From positions 187,550 to 251,549 of IMG/VR virus record IMGVR_UViG_3300021431_004083: DNA of 64,000 nucleotides. One strand, written 5' to 3'. How positions within the stretch are numbered: position 1 is the first letter of the stretch; each line of letters opens with the position of its first letter. A program made the translations under genes and the position numbers. Origin of the DNA: a virus (lineage: Duplodnaviria; Caudoviricetes). This document shows, piece by piece, positions 22,801-30,657 of this stretch. Under the pieces are notes generated by a model that worked only from the letters and a program-made list of their open reading frames with translations, did not search any database and was not told the origin of the DNA.

Positions 22801-22857
22801 GCAACGCTCGCTCGCTTCGTTACGTCTTTGTATCGGGTCGGCTAACAACACACTCAT
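16816..22857 (-). CDS. single-chain two-barrel DNA-dependent RNA polymerase (beta-like and beta-prime-like regions fused)
   Basis: beta-like motifs PTDRDMMRAS, YTMNDSVLFS, GDKASVGGGNK and DFVMSPQTFPGR, then beta-prime-like LPLLPPYLR, KHGLFKQTL, WRDPIL and catalytic AGDFDGD; start refined to ATG at 22857 behind GGAGG. Confidence 0.9.
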   Translation of the reverse strand: MSVLLADPIQRRNEASERCYRNQLRTDRGVVSGRNAVYSGQSTYSPFVRRLLNESVFREAMFSLNETLQAEGERGIPLSYARQLHEEFITTGMSYFSDDTLTAFNMRKTMPIDMDNITASNFANALRAFIKAKTGRDDLDCLSNDGLSKIAGDVRQSFARGFAPLSPYDSRFFMCEWALSSNGSAVYAPVGDKDNGNGGMSLCNASGIPYMDTDMNAFYERIPLYASPDADSMLGEDGRVVTPNSDTAPMVLRSENDLYGLSYLHRYVPQKNPESIENIDRWVKSSGFPMSETAIRSSVAILHHLNDKGVSYTIEPDTSYAAGHVNAVTANKTHIRITSPSNYENNIGRCYNGGLVYYASTDQTVPDYELGQDGRYRLEDGKKIPKVRTGKDGRQWQGEVRAEYMIPIEDRLAVVDYAVGVTPDVANLGEFGSYNTTMYSRQARMNIPSVRQNSFYHTTKQGHRMFRADVKPLPNRCFVRRNNRNQALGIDGLPISYATSNKPAQMSTTNKVHMIVDNKRRYRNISFSSAEEANQFIMEAVDSAKLMFASSVDIDRLLDEADTHGMDYTPVFDEDSVISSVQQSFWALIRQAQEDDGSSYDRELTKERLMSQLSNQFMPERIGYYNSPDDCLINPLLVSRYMTTTNTTGDISHRALSAAFLAANVSRDKFKGEGSSFNAFCEGLVQFDEASQTSLKNLLDSYQDGPQKEIIQSVCDSLTNAITATGCDFDLSKDAFIDDNGIIKYKARRIVVDDLNKSMTGTNISYEPVEGTIGQVFLPDGMGLIETKFNHDDNYLFVPDYEADILPQKPGENKTYEERLCLRGYADVLHDFITARVRSDIVKGVPDFESNTALNRTYRMLRSERFPLNILEKNKRTGMSPELFDDKIYTLSRRFHLPSIYGNSTIRAASLYALSDRKGLANDLNITDPFVRSGFEDISILTDNGYTSKTVTSVNSSMGLNRCLSDGAVLQKRGQNSGHLIIPTDDEELKETRLVRNHMPYAQYSPTDRDMMRASNLLSCRRVAPAVGAFATIGCYTMNDSVLFSKRFAEENGVEGVNAVLTQLGFDDDKLLDSLDDAIEMRSLMSGDKASVGGGNKATAARIVDTDVPERNAMYSGHYMPWKLFKDNPSLDFVMSPQTFPGRFDGYTTREAMDGYAKGNVPDGGVLHIDGKDIPGALCRLDVIINEQTADSKLHVYDAHSGKGRSASAQLTAALIANNAKSIVREFKGSDVASFERLRESLIPLGFDVDEYGNAHLGYSEHEGEERKVVRLPELQYTTNENGERIVDKEAMRNEMFSQLNSYGGFIEVPFQMTLPSGMPLMESYGDDGQPNGNYLLPLLPPYLRSGFDSNGDGPDIYHGYTYAYQRILMNSLEYKALQENQSSVDDFGKMNSLRASIEKEYRNSITNDLEARVFHSKHGLFKQTLARPLPNSATVVWVANPSCKIEEITMGAKMAERLGFVDGDYAMIWRDPILSDGGIRAPKIHIDSDYEDVVGVSPLLMKSLAGDFDGDTIGITKIKGKQALDELIRNFGVVNNALDTHYVAEDGKFDLYYDTGLDIQAVCDAHPELGERLSALRDKFNDDYHLRDENYIEWMATNEKHFEEFNDWYIDAQEADCGINVIQFDSLENNLRSVAACIENGSKGKPDSFDKYCRYLGVTFDAERDEDGHICKDADGKLMVDYSTIKDEGHTLSTWEDRVATQTALSAKNQFTGSYGKQTQHIITATLGAFFDGPSACEGKSACRAGINISEGMTQSALSAKHNVEQARRLIHNVLTSDSPLKALWAGKAIKTSVNADGNPIWIADEARAKDRLSPEEWKKQFTDFATSPFGCDAAVNPEYMDLISRAMTLTDNKGNKYIGSIERVATHRSEILEQAYHPNLKSFASHIAEAGGSLNIYGIDVNAIKRQLSGIEDASKAKETFDKALNDGNVAYVYAPELILWNIAHDAAPEAFNQLHSKDKRVQSRSVEGDYQTQAVAAKATSASVGQRPRIQTPFDLGFHSVSKASDAPNY

Positions 22858-22964
22858 AATAAAAAGCCTCCAATCTAAAATAAAAAAGCAGAAACGACAG
22901 TGCATTTCTGCTTCGAAACCCGTATTCAATCACAAAGCAAAAATCCGTCTCTGTCTCTGCTTGT

Positions 22965-22993
22965 ATTATAAACCCGAAATATAAATTTGTCAA
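22965..22993 (-). promoter_or_regulatory. consensus sigma-A promoter of the RNAP gene
   Basis: TTGACA-17 bp-TATAAT on the minus strand. Confidence 0.8.
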
Positions 22994-23168
22994 AGAATTT
23001 TTATACAAAAATACAATTCCGCCGGTTGCACCAAAACCGACGGAATTGCAATATATCAAAATAAGGAGGATTCTGTGCGCGGAGCCCACACGCGCACCAT
23101 GAAATGAGTAATCACATATAGAGTATAAACTATATGTAAAAAATTGTCAATACCTTTTTACAAATTTA

Positions 23169-24098
23169 TTAATCAAAACTGATTTGTTCATACTCTCGCG
23201 AAACAGAAGAGTCAGCGGTCGGCGCAACATGCTCCAAAACCGCAGGCATCTGTCGCTCATTCTTATAGATATTTGCACGACGAAAAGTAGAATCCTCTGC
23301 GGAATTCAACGTACTGAACCGAATGTTTGACTGGTCAAAAGAGCCCCGAACAACATGAGAACCGTGAAACTGCGAAGAACAAGCGTTCATCCGCTCCAAA
23401 GAAGACTGAGAAACTGACGTATGTCCCTGAACTTCCGCGCTGTATAACTTACTGTTATAAACTGAAGAATTGCCCCTGACAGAAGATTCATGCACAACAC
23501 TATCCACCTTTATATCAGAAGCATCGACAGTACTGCCGTCAACATTGCTTTTAAAAACAGAAGAAGAAGAAATCTTCGAGCCTGACACATGCGCGTTGTC
23601 AAGAACGCTCAACATGATATTGGAATTAGCAGAAGGCGAAAATCCCAAATCAACCGTAGAAGAATCTACAATAGAACCCGAAATGTACGAACCAAATCCA
23701 ACATTACTCTTCGTAACATAAGAACCGGAAACATCACCGCGCACAAAGCTGTCGCCGACATAAGAACGACCGGATATGCGTGAGGTTCCCAAAACAACAG
23801 TATTGGGGGAGCCATAAGACATATCCTCATAAGAAGAATCAAACGACATAAAACCGATACAGTCACCCTTCTTTACGGCAGGGGAAAACAAGCCCCTCTT
23901 ACGCATGAGCTCATTCGCCCAAGGCTGTATATTCACCAAAGCGTACGCGGGAAAAACAGTATAAGAACAACCGTCCCCATCTGTTATATTACGAGGGTCG
24001 TTATAGTCTTTATAATAGTGAGCATGCTCACTCTTGGCAAAATCCTTTGCTGTTTGTCTTTTAGACTTTATTGCTTTGTTTCTTTTTAAAAAACGCAT
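23169..24098 (-). CDS. Ser/Val-rich protein, probable beta-helix
   Basis: VKKGDCIG motif followed by short periodic S/V/G repeats; RQMP...F tail. Confidence 0.65.
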   Translation of the reverse strand: MRFLKRNKAIKSKRQTAKDFAKSEHAHYYKDYNDPRNITDGDGCSYTVFPAYALVNIQPWANELMRKRGLFSPAVKKGDCIGFMSFDSSYEDMSYGSPNTVVLGTSRISGRSYVGDSFVRGDVSGSYVTKSNVGFGSYISGSIVDSSTVDLGFSPSANSNIMLSVLDNAHVSGSKISSSSVFKSNVDGSTVDASDIKVDSVVHESSVRGNSSVYNSKLYSAEVQGHTSVSQSSLERMNACSSQFHGSHVVRGSFDQSNIRFSTLNSAEDSTFRRANIYKNERQMPAVLEHVAPTADSSVSREYEQISFD

Positions 24099-24121
24099 AA
24101 CACATCATCCTTCCCAAAAAA

Positions 24122-24337
24122 TTAACCACCGAACTGATAATCATCCGAAAACTCATATTCCTCCGGCAGGTTGCGCGGTAAACGACGAGCCCGCTGACGA
24201 GGATTCGCTTCGACATCATGACGAATACGAGCGTTTCCGTCATCAAGCGATTTTCTCGAATCAAAACCACGAGATAACGCTTCATCCTCGCTGATATAAC
24301 GACCGACAGACGCGTCATAAAAACGGTTATTCGACAT
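24122..24337 (-). CDS. small protein with RRLP...F tail
   Basis: 71-aa ORF with AGGTGG RBS. Confidence 0.65.
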   Translation of the reverse strand: MSNNRFYDASVGRYISEDEALSRGFDSRKSLDDGNARIRHDVEANPRQRARRLPRNLPEEYEFSDDYQFGG

Positions 24338-24439
24338 GCGAAAACACCACCTTTATATCCTACAAAAAAAGTATAACACACAAATCGATATTTTACAAGA
24401 AAAAAATCCCCTCCCGTCAAAACGAAAAGGGGATTTTTA

Positions 24440-27400
24440 TCAAAGAATACGCTTTCGTATAAAAATAACAAAAGGCAAACAACACAAAAGCAAAACAAAC
24501 GCAATAATATAATACAATGCAGAACCCATACCGCCTGTATCAGGCATTATCAATTCTACAATATTAGATACACTGACATTTACCTCTGTACGATTACCCG
24601 CTTCATCGAAAAGAACAACTGTCTCCTGTCCGTTTTCGTGAAAACGTTTTGTCAAACGCGTTCCGTCATTCGACAAAACCCAACCGTCAACAGGCTGTAC
24701 GGTTTCATCCGCATCTATAGTGACGTCAACAGGCTCCGTCGTATAAACATCTGAACTGTAAGAAACAACAGCGCTCGGTGCGGTGGTATCTGTGCCTGTC
24801 TTATTCAGACGCAAGCTCGGACGAAGAACCGTAAAAACGTCCTTGCCGAACAACACCTTCAGCTCGTTTGCCGAATTGATTTTCGGTGACAAATCACCAA
24901 ACAAACGATAGATAGACTTAACAGATTCGCCGTCTTTTTTCTCTTCCTTTATACCGATAAATCCAAATAACTCTTCGCCGTTCACCGTGATTTTATCATC
25001 CTCTTCCACATACATGAAATAATAAAACCCGCTTTCAGACGGATAAGCCTTTTTGGCGGTCTGCTCATTGCGATAAACCAAAATGTCACCCGTCTGGAAG
25101 TTATCACTGCGAATATTAGGCGCTCTATCGGTCCTCTCACCCAAACGAGACGGCTGCTCGTATGTTTTCAGCCGTTGAAACAAACTACCGTCTGCCCTCT
25201 CTTTAATGAACAAACCACCATAATAACCGGGAAGAAGCATATCAAAATAACTATTATCCTCATTCAGATAAATAGATGACTTCTTCTTGTCCGCATACCA
25301 AAAATGATGCCGCATACGCTGTTTCACAAGGTCATCGATATCATAATCAGCCAATCCGGGAGAAAAACTAAGACCTTTGTTATAGATATCCTCGACAAAA
25401 TCAGCACCGGACAAACCACCAAACTGTGAATCATGCAGCAACGTTGTCATTCTCGACAAAAGACTCTGTTTCTGTTCATCATTCAAATTATAACCAATAG
25501 TGGTCTCAACAGTAGACGTCGCGATATTATCAACATATCCTTCAGATATGACCTTCTTACCGCAATACTCAACACGATCTGACACTCGAACTGTAAAAGT
25601 CAACGTCAATCGCTCACCGGGAGATAATTCATCATTGACGTCCCAAACCACCTCATTGTCCGAAACAGAAGCGTTTGGCGCTGATTCAAGCGAACTCCAC
25701 GACGGTATCTTTTCCCGTACAACAAAAGGTCGATAAGTAGACTTACCCCGATTTTCAATCAAAAGAGAATATGTCAACGAATCTCCGGGCTGCACCACAC
25801 CTCTGTTATAATTATATCCATCGGCAGCCTTATTAACTGTTTTCTCGATATAAATATCTTCATATCTCAATCTCGACATTGTGGGCGCGGGTATTGTGAT
25901 GTCTGTTAACGTACGATCAGTACATACACAACCGTAAATGCTGTTATCGTCGTCCTCATATTTCGTAGCATAATACTGATACGTGGGATTGCCTGATTCA
26001 TCTCGAAGAACAGGACGCAAAATAGCAAAGCTATTCATATCCCTGCAACTGTGCAAAGCAGGCGGACGTCTTTCCGAGCCGTAACGATAATAGATAAGAT
26101 TGCGTTCCGTAATTGTTCCTTCAACGATACCCGTAACACTGTTATTACGTTCCGCATAACTCAAACCGACAAAAGCGGCTTCACCGTCACGTATCTTTGT
26201 CGTGTTTTTGTCATAATTGCTGCCTGACTCTCGTATAAGCGCGTCGACAACATTGTTGTTTTCATCACGAACCAAATCATAAACCATACAAGTATGCCCG
26301 CGACCCGAGGCTTCCTCACCATGGGACCAACATATAACATCACCGGGACGCAGACCAACATCATTTAACAAATAATTACCATACGCAACAATATCATCCG
26401 AGATATTCCCGTTCTCATGATAAGGCGAGACAGTTTTTTCGTTGCCCTCATTATCGTAAAAAACAAAGGGCTTACTATCCTGTCGTTCCCAATATTCTAC
26501 AACGCCATTAGCGTCAACGGCACTTGGGTCATAATAAGCCTTAGCATACGCAAGCATATTCTGCACGGCAAACGGTATTGATATACCAAGCCCGTTATAA
26601 TATTCCAAGAAAGTAAAGCCCGAACACACGGTATGCATCATATATTGCGAAGTCGCTTGCTCAGGCGCCATATAATTGGTCTTTCGAGCAGTACAATACT
26701 GCAAATCAATTCCCCTGTTATAGTAGGCATCCATTGTTGCCTTTACAGCAGCCTCAAGCAGAACATCGGCACTGATGGTGCTGATATCAACAACAGTCTT
26801 TTCGATATCACCTGCATGAGCTGATATCTTTAAACGGAAATCATGAACACGGTCCAAAAAATCAGTTATTTTATCTTTTGTCGAAGCCTCTGCATTAAAA
26901 CAAAGCGAATAAATACCGACAAAACCGCTTTCCAAGCTTCCTTTACTGTGTTCAGGGTACTCAGTTATTGTTTCCGTTTTACCTGTAGCGCAATCAACCA
27001 ACTCATACTTGATTTCGCTCAAAGGATAGTTAGAATAAACTGTACCCTTAAGACCGTCATGAATATCGTCAATTGTATTAGGCTGCAAAACCTCGATAAA
27101 CGGCAAGTCACGCTCCTTGTTAACAAAGACATTCAATCGAGCAGGAACAAAATCAGTATTCAACAGCTTTTGAAAAGATACCTTCCGATTTACATTAAAA
27201 CATTTCGTCACACCTGAAAGGTCATCAAGTGACGAGATATCTGTATAATCGGGATTAGGTGTAAACGGAACAATGACATCTGTCGAAGAAAGCCTATATT
27301 CGTCGGAAACAGAAGCCTCGGGACCCGCCGTCGAAATAGCGATGTCCGTGCAAATCACATAACTCGCTTCCCCGTCGATATTACCCGACTCATCTCTGAC

Positions 27401-28834
27401 AACATGCGGATAGCCTGAAGCCATCCTCACATGCGAATAATTAGACGTATGTGACGAAATCGTATCAGCAGGCTTTAACTCGGCATACGCCTCAAATAAA
27501 TCTTGAGCGGTATAATACTCATTAGTGCCCGGTTTATAATCAAACGAATCGAAAACAACATCAGATGAACCGCCATTAAGAAACGCTGATGGCGGAACTA
27601 TCTTAGTCGAACGCTTCGTACCGGACAAAATTAGATTGCCAAGCGGAGTAACAAGATGGCTGTCGAACGCTCTCGACACACAATCAGTACCGACCATATC
27701 ACCACAATATCTACCCTGCGCAAAACTCACGGAATAAGAACAATCCTGCCCCGGCAGCCTATTCATATCATCAGGTACATGTAACACATGCGTCAAAGGT
27801 GAATCAGACGTCGTTTCGCAAAGACCGTCAAAAACCCCCAAGGTAACACGGTTTCGTTGCGTATACGGAAGACCGTAATAAGAAACACCCGGTATATATC
27901 GAGCGACAACTCTCTCCGTATCGCCCAACGTACGCACGTCTCGTGCCTCTTTATCAGGTGTCCACTTATAAGTCGCTTCGTTATACATCTCCTGAACGAT
28001 TTCAGTGCGTAATTCTTCCTCCTCAGTCTCGTCGATTGTATCGGTTTCTACATACGACGGTTTCTCATAAACAGAATCTTTATAACCAACGAGCTTGACG
28101 CCGGAAAAATTAAAGTCACCCGTCGTACGCCAATCGCCCGTAAAAGTTACATCTGTATTAATGTACTGAGGATAATTTCCGTAGGGCAAAATATCAATCT
28201 GACTGATAGCGGCGCCATCGTCAATTGAAATCGTATCACTTATCAGATTAAAATTACGCTCATAATATTTGTAATCAGACTGAGATAAAGATGAACGCTC
28301 ATATAGTCCCGTAAATTCCCAATAATACAAACCAAAAGGACCGTGGCGATGTCCGTTAGAATCAGTAACAAAAATCTGCAAGCCATCAGTCTTCATCAAA
28401 GATGTATGAGAGAAACACGAAAAATAATCAATGACAAGCCTCACATCATTGTAACGATTCAAAGGCGTTGAACTGATACCTGATGAGATTGTGATTGTCA
28501 AAGGCTCGTCATCTGTATTAGACATATTACTTTTAAAGTTCTTACGAAAAACAAAAGAACGCTTTAGATTACCGTGATCGTCTGTTTGATTTTTTGCTAC
28601 GAAACAACCACTGCGATCAGCATTGGACGGCCATTTCCTTCGACAAGCAGAAACCTCATCCGTATCATCGACACGTGCTTCATAAAGCACGTCGGTAGAA
28701 TCATCTTCCGCAGCATCGTTGTCAGACGTCGCGGATACCGTCGCAAACGGAAATGATAAAAATATCAAAAGAACAACCAGAACCAAGGATGAAACCGAAA
28801 TAAAAAAATTCTTTGATAATGTACTAAACATCAA
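24440..28834 (-). CDS. large sortase-anchored surface protein with two putative papain-like (NlpC/P60-type) domains and a DUF11-like domain
   Basis: signal peptide; GQDCS...SHVRM and TVCSGF...PGDVI...GHTCMV Cys/His motifs; VQPGDSLTYSL; C-terminal MPDTGG, TM segment and RKR. Confidence 0.8.
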   Translation of the reverse strand: MMFSTLSKNFFISVSSLVLVVLLIFLSFPFATVSATSDNDAAEDDSTDVLYEARVDDTDEVSACRRKWPSNADRSGCFVAKNQTDDHGNLKRSFVFRKNFKSNMSNTDDEPLTITISSGISSTPLNRYNDVRLVIDYFSCFSHTSLMKTDGLQIFVTDSNGHRHGPFGLYYWEFTGLYERSSLSQSDYKYYERNFNLISDTISIDDGAAISQIDILPYGNYPQYINTDVTFTGDWRTTGDFNFSGVKLVGYKDSVYEKPSYVETDTIDETEEEELRTEIVQEMYNEATYKWTPDKEARDVRTLGDTERVVARYIPGVSYYGLPYTQRNRVTLGVFDGLCETTSDSPLTHVLHVPDDMNRLPGQDCSYSVSFAQGRYCGDMVGTDCVSRAFDSHLVTPLGNLILSGTKRSTKIVPPSAFLNGGSSDVVFDSFDYKPGTNEYYTAQDLFEAYAELKPADTISSHTSNYSHVRMASGYPHVVRDESGNIDGEASYVICTDIAISTAGPEASVSDEYRLSSTDVIVPFTPNPDYTDISSLDDLSGVTKCFNVNRKVSFQKLLNTDFVPARLNVFVNKERDLPFIEVLQPNTIDDIHDGLKGTVYSNYPLSEIKYELVDCATGKTETITEYPEHSKGSLESGFVGIYSLCFNAEASTKDKITDFLDRVHDFRLKISAHAGDIEKTVVDISTISADVLLEAAVKATMDAYYNRGIDLQYCTARKTNYMAPEQATSQYMMHTVCSGFTFLEYYNGLGISIPFAVQNMLAYAKAYYDPSAVDANGVVEYWERQDSKPFVFYDNEGNEKTVSPYHENGNISDDIVAYGNYLLNDVGLRPGDVICWSHGEEASGRGHTCMVYDLVRDENNNVVDALIRESGSNYDKNTTKIRDGEAAFVGLSYAERNNSVTGIVEGTITERNLIYYRYGSERRPPALHSCRDMNSFAILRPVLRDESGNPTYQYYATKYEDDDNSIYGCVCTDRTLTDITIPAPTMSRLRYEDIYIEKTVNKAADGYNYNRGVVQPGDSLTYSLLIENRGKSTYRPFVVREKIPSWSSLESAPNASVSDNEVVWDVNDELSPGERLTLTFTVRVSDRVEYCGKKVISEGYVDNIATSTVETTIGYNLNDEQKQSLLSRMTTLLHDSQFGGLSGADFVEDIYNKGLSFSPGLADYDIDDLVKQRMRHHFWYADKKKSSIYLNEDNSYFDMLLPGYYGGLFIKERADGSLFQRLKTYEQPSRLGERTDRAPNIRSDNFQTGDILVYRNEQTAKKAYPSESGFYYFMYVEEDDKITVNGEELFGFIGIKEEKKDGESVKSIYRLFGDLSPKINSANELKVLFGKDVFTVLRPSLRLNKTGTDTTAPSAVVSYSSDVYTTEPVDVTIDADETVQPVDGWVLSNDGTRLTKRFHENGQETVVLFDEAGNRTEVNVSVSNIVELIMPDTGGMGSALYYIIAFVLLLCCLPFVIFIRKRIL

Positions 28835-28861
28835 TATGACCTCAATCCCGTATACAAAAAA

Positions 28862-29404
28862 TCAAAAAGAAAACGAAACAAACAAAAGGATAGAACCGAT
28901 AAACAGACATCCGATAAAAGCAGCGAGCATTGCCCATTTAATAACAGCGGGCGCAGAAAAACCTTCCAGATAAAACTCATCGGGGTTATTAGGATTACAC
29001 CAAACCCACACGTTTTTAGGAAAAGCCTTTGTCTGCCCATAGTTCCATATACGCTCATAAACGACGCCGTTAACGACATATCGAACAAGCGGATATTGAT
29101 TCAAATCCCCTTCGCCTGCCGAACGGTGAACGATATTTCTGCGACCTGTCGACAAAATCTCACCGGGAACACGATGAATACAAGCCTTTGTTTTCTTGTT
29201 TTGAGAAACGCATAAAAGAATAAACACAAACAGAAAGATAAAACCGATAATCAAAATACCGAAAGAAAAAAATCTCAAAACAGAAAAACCCGAAAAAGAG
29301 TAAGAACGTGACACAAAAACACCTCGATTATCAACAAAAATTACTGAGATGATTATATCACGATGGCAAAACAAATGCAACAAAAATCTCAGAAAAATCA
29401 GCAA
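28862..29404 (-). CDS. DUF3592-like membrane protein
   Basis: TM segment, YPLVRYVVNG, VWCNPNNPDEF, TM segment. Confidence 0.65.
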   Translation of the reverse strand: MLIFLRFLLHLFCHRDIIISVIFVDNRGVFVSRSYSFSGFSVLRFFSFGILIIGFIFLFVFILLCVSQNKKTKACIHRVPGEILSTGRRNIVHRSAGEGDLNQYPLVRYVVNGVVYERIWNYGQTKAFPKNVWVWCNPNNPDEFYLEGFSAPAVIKWAMLAAFIGCLFIGSILLFVSFSF

Positions 29405-29442
29405 AAAAAAAACCCCTTGCTAAAACAAGGGGATAAATCTTT

Positions 29443-30117
29443 TTACTTATTTTGCGAAACACAAGACAACAAAACATACGCGGTCTTCTGTATAGGCATC
29501 GTCTGCAGATAAATATTACCAGGACCGGTGACGACCGTATTAAAAAGACCTTCGCCGCCGAGAAACTTATTCTTCAGACCTTTGACTGACTCAACGGTTA
29601 GCTTACAGGTAGCGTCCATCATCACGAGATGACCTGTATCAAGAATAAAACGTTCACCCGCTTCAAGCTCATATTCCTGAAGCGCGCCGTCGACTTCCAA
29701 GAAAACGATACCGTTACCCGTGAATTGCTGCATCAAGAAACCCTCACCGCCGAAAAAACCTGCGCCGAGCTTCTTTTGGAAAAACACAGACATATCGACG
29801 CCGGGCGTACAGGCTAAAAACGCGCTTTTCTGCGCAATAACGGACCTGCCGTTCGAGATTTCAATCGCGAGAATCTCACCCGGAAAAGACGAAGCAAAAG
29901 CGATATCGCCATCACGATTCGCGTGATAAATATTACGGAACACAGACTCGTTCGTAAAAGCTCGACCGAGCATTTTGCCGAGACCTCCGCCCTTCGTCTT
30001 CATTGAAAAAACATCGTCCATCCACGACATACCGCCGTTTTCACAAACAATCTCTTCACCCGCTTTAAGAGAACAAATAACAGCGGGCAGGTTACCGCCT
30101 ATGATTTCATATTGCAT
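29443..30117 (-). CDS. AIM24/TIGR00266 family protein
   Basis: MQYEIIG, ENGGMSWM, FFGGEGF, LDTGHLV and GPGNIYLQTMP motifs. Confidence 0.85.
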   Translation of the reverse strand: MQYEIIGGNLPAVICSLKAGEEIVCENGGMSWMDDVFSMKTKGGGLGKMLGRAFTNESVFRNIYHANRDGDIAFASSFPGEILAIEISNGRSVIAQKSAFLACTPGVDMSVFFQKKLGAGFFGGEGFLMQQFTGNGIVFLEVDGALQEYELEAGERFILDTGHLVMMDATCKLTVESVKGLKNKFLGGEGLFNTVVTGPGNIYLQTMPIQKTAYVLLSCVSQNK

Positions 30118-30188
30118 AAACCAAAATCCTTTCTCAAAACTCAATTTTAATTATATACAAAATACAAACGATGTCAAGCTCTAACAAA

Positions 30189-30381
30189 CAAACATATTCG
30201 CAAGCTCAATGTTTGAGTATCTTTTTTTTTTACAAAAACCTTTATAAACCTTGACGCTTATACAATAAATGTAACGCGTGAATCCTTAGTCACGATTTAA
30301 TAAACAAACACATATCCAAACATATTCGCAAGCTCAATGTTTGGATATCTTTTTTTTACAAAAACCTTTATAAACCTTGAC
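30189..30381. repeat. two ~66-bp direct repeats (30189-30255 and 30317-30381)
   Basis: CAAACATATTCGCAAGCTCAATGTTTG...TACAAAAACCTTTATAAACCTTGAC present twice. Confidence 0.85.
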
Positions 30382-30405
30382 AAACCTTATAAAACCTTAT
30401 ATAAT
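30361..30405 (+). promoter_or_regulatory. consensus sigma-A promoter overlapped by four AAACCTT repeats at 10-bp period
   Basis: TTGACA (30377)-17 bp-TATAAT (30400). Confidence 0.8.
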
Positions 30406-30439
30406 GGAAATCACCACGAAAACAAAGGAGAGAGCATTT

Positions 30440-30628
30440 TTGAAAGAACAATATTACACTGTCAAAAAATTCGCCGAAAAAATCGGCGTTCATCCGCAAA
30501 CCCTGCGGAATTGGGACAAAAAAGGAATCCTCAAGCCGTCGGTCACATCACCGACAGGCTATCGTTTATATACGGAAGAACAGTATATAAAATACATAAA
30601 CGGCGAATATAACACCTCCGGCAACTGA
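30440..30628 (+). CDS. MerR-type HTH, excisionase-like small DNA-binding protein
   Basis: YTVKKFAEKIGVHPQTLRNWDKKGIL...GYRLY; TTG start after GGAG. Confidence 0.85.
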   Translation: MKEQYYTVKKFAEKIGVHPQTLRNWDKKGILKPSVTSPTGYRLYTEEQYIKYINGEYNTSGN

Positions 30629-30657
30629 GCACGGCGAGCGAATCAGAAAAAAGAGAG

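Noticed and set aside
16816-22857. Host rpoB-rpoC fusion
   Set aside because: Too divergent and too short, with no ribosomal-protein gene context.
30440-30628. IS607 transposase
   Set aside because: Only the HTH is present; no serine recombinase domain or tnpB follows.
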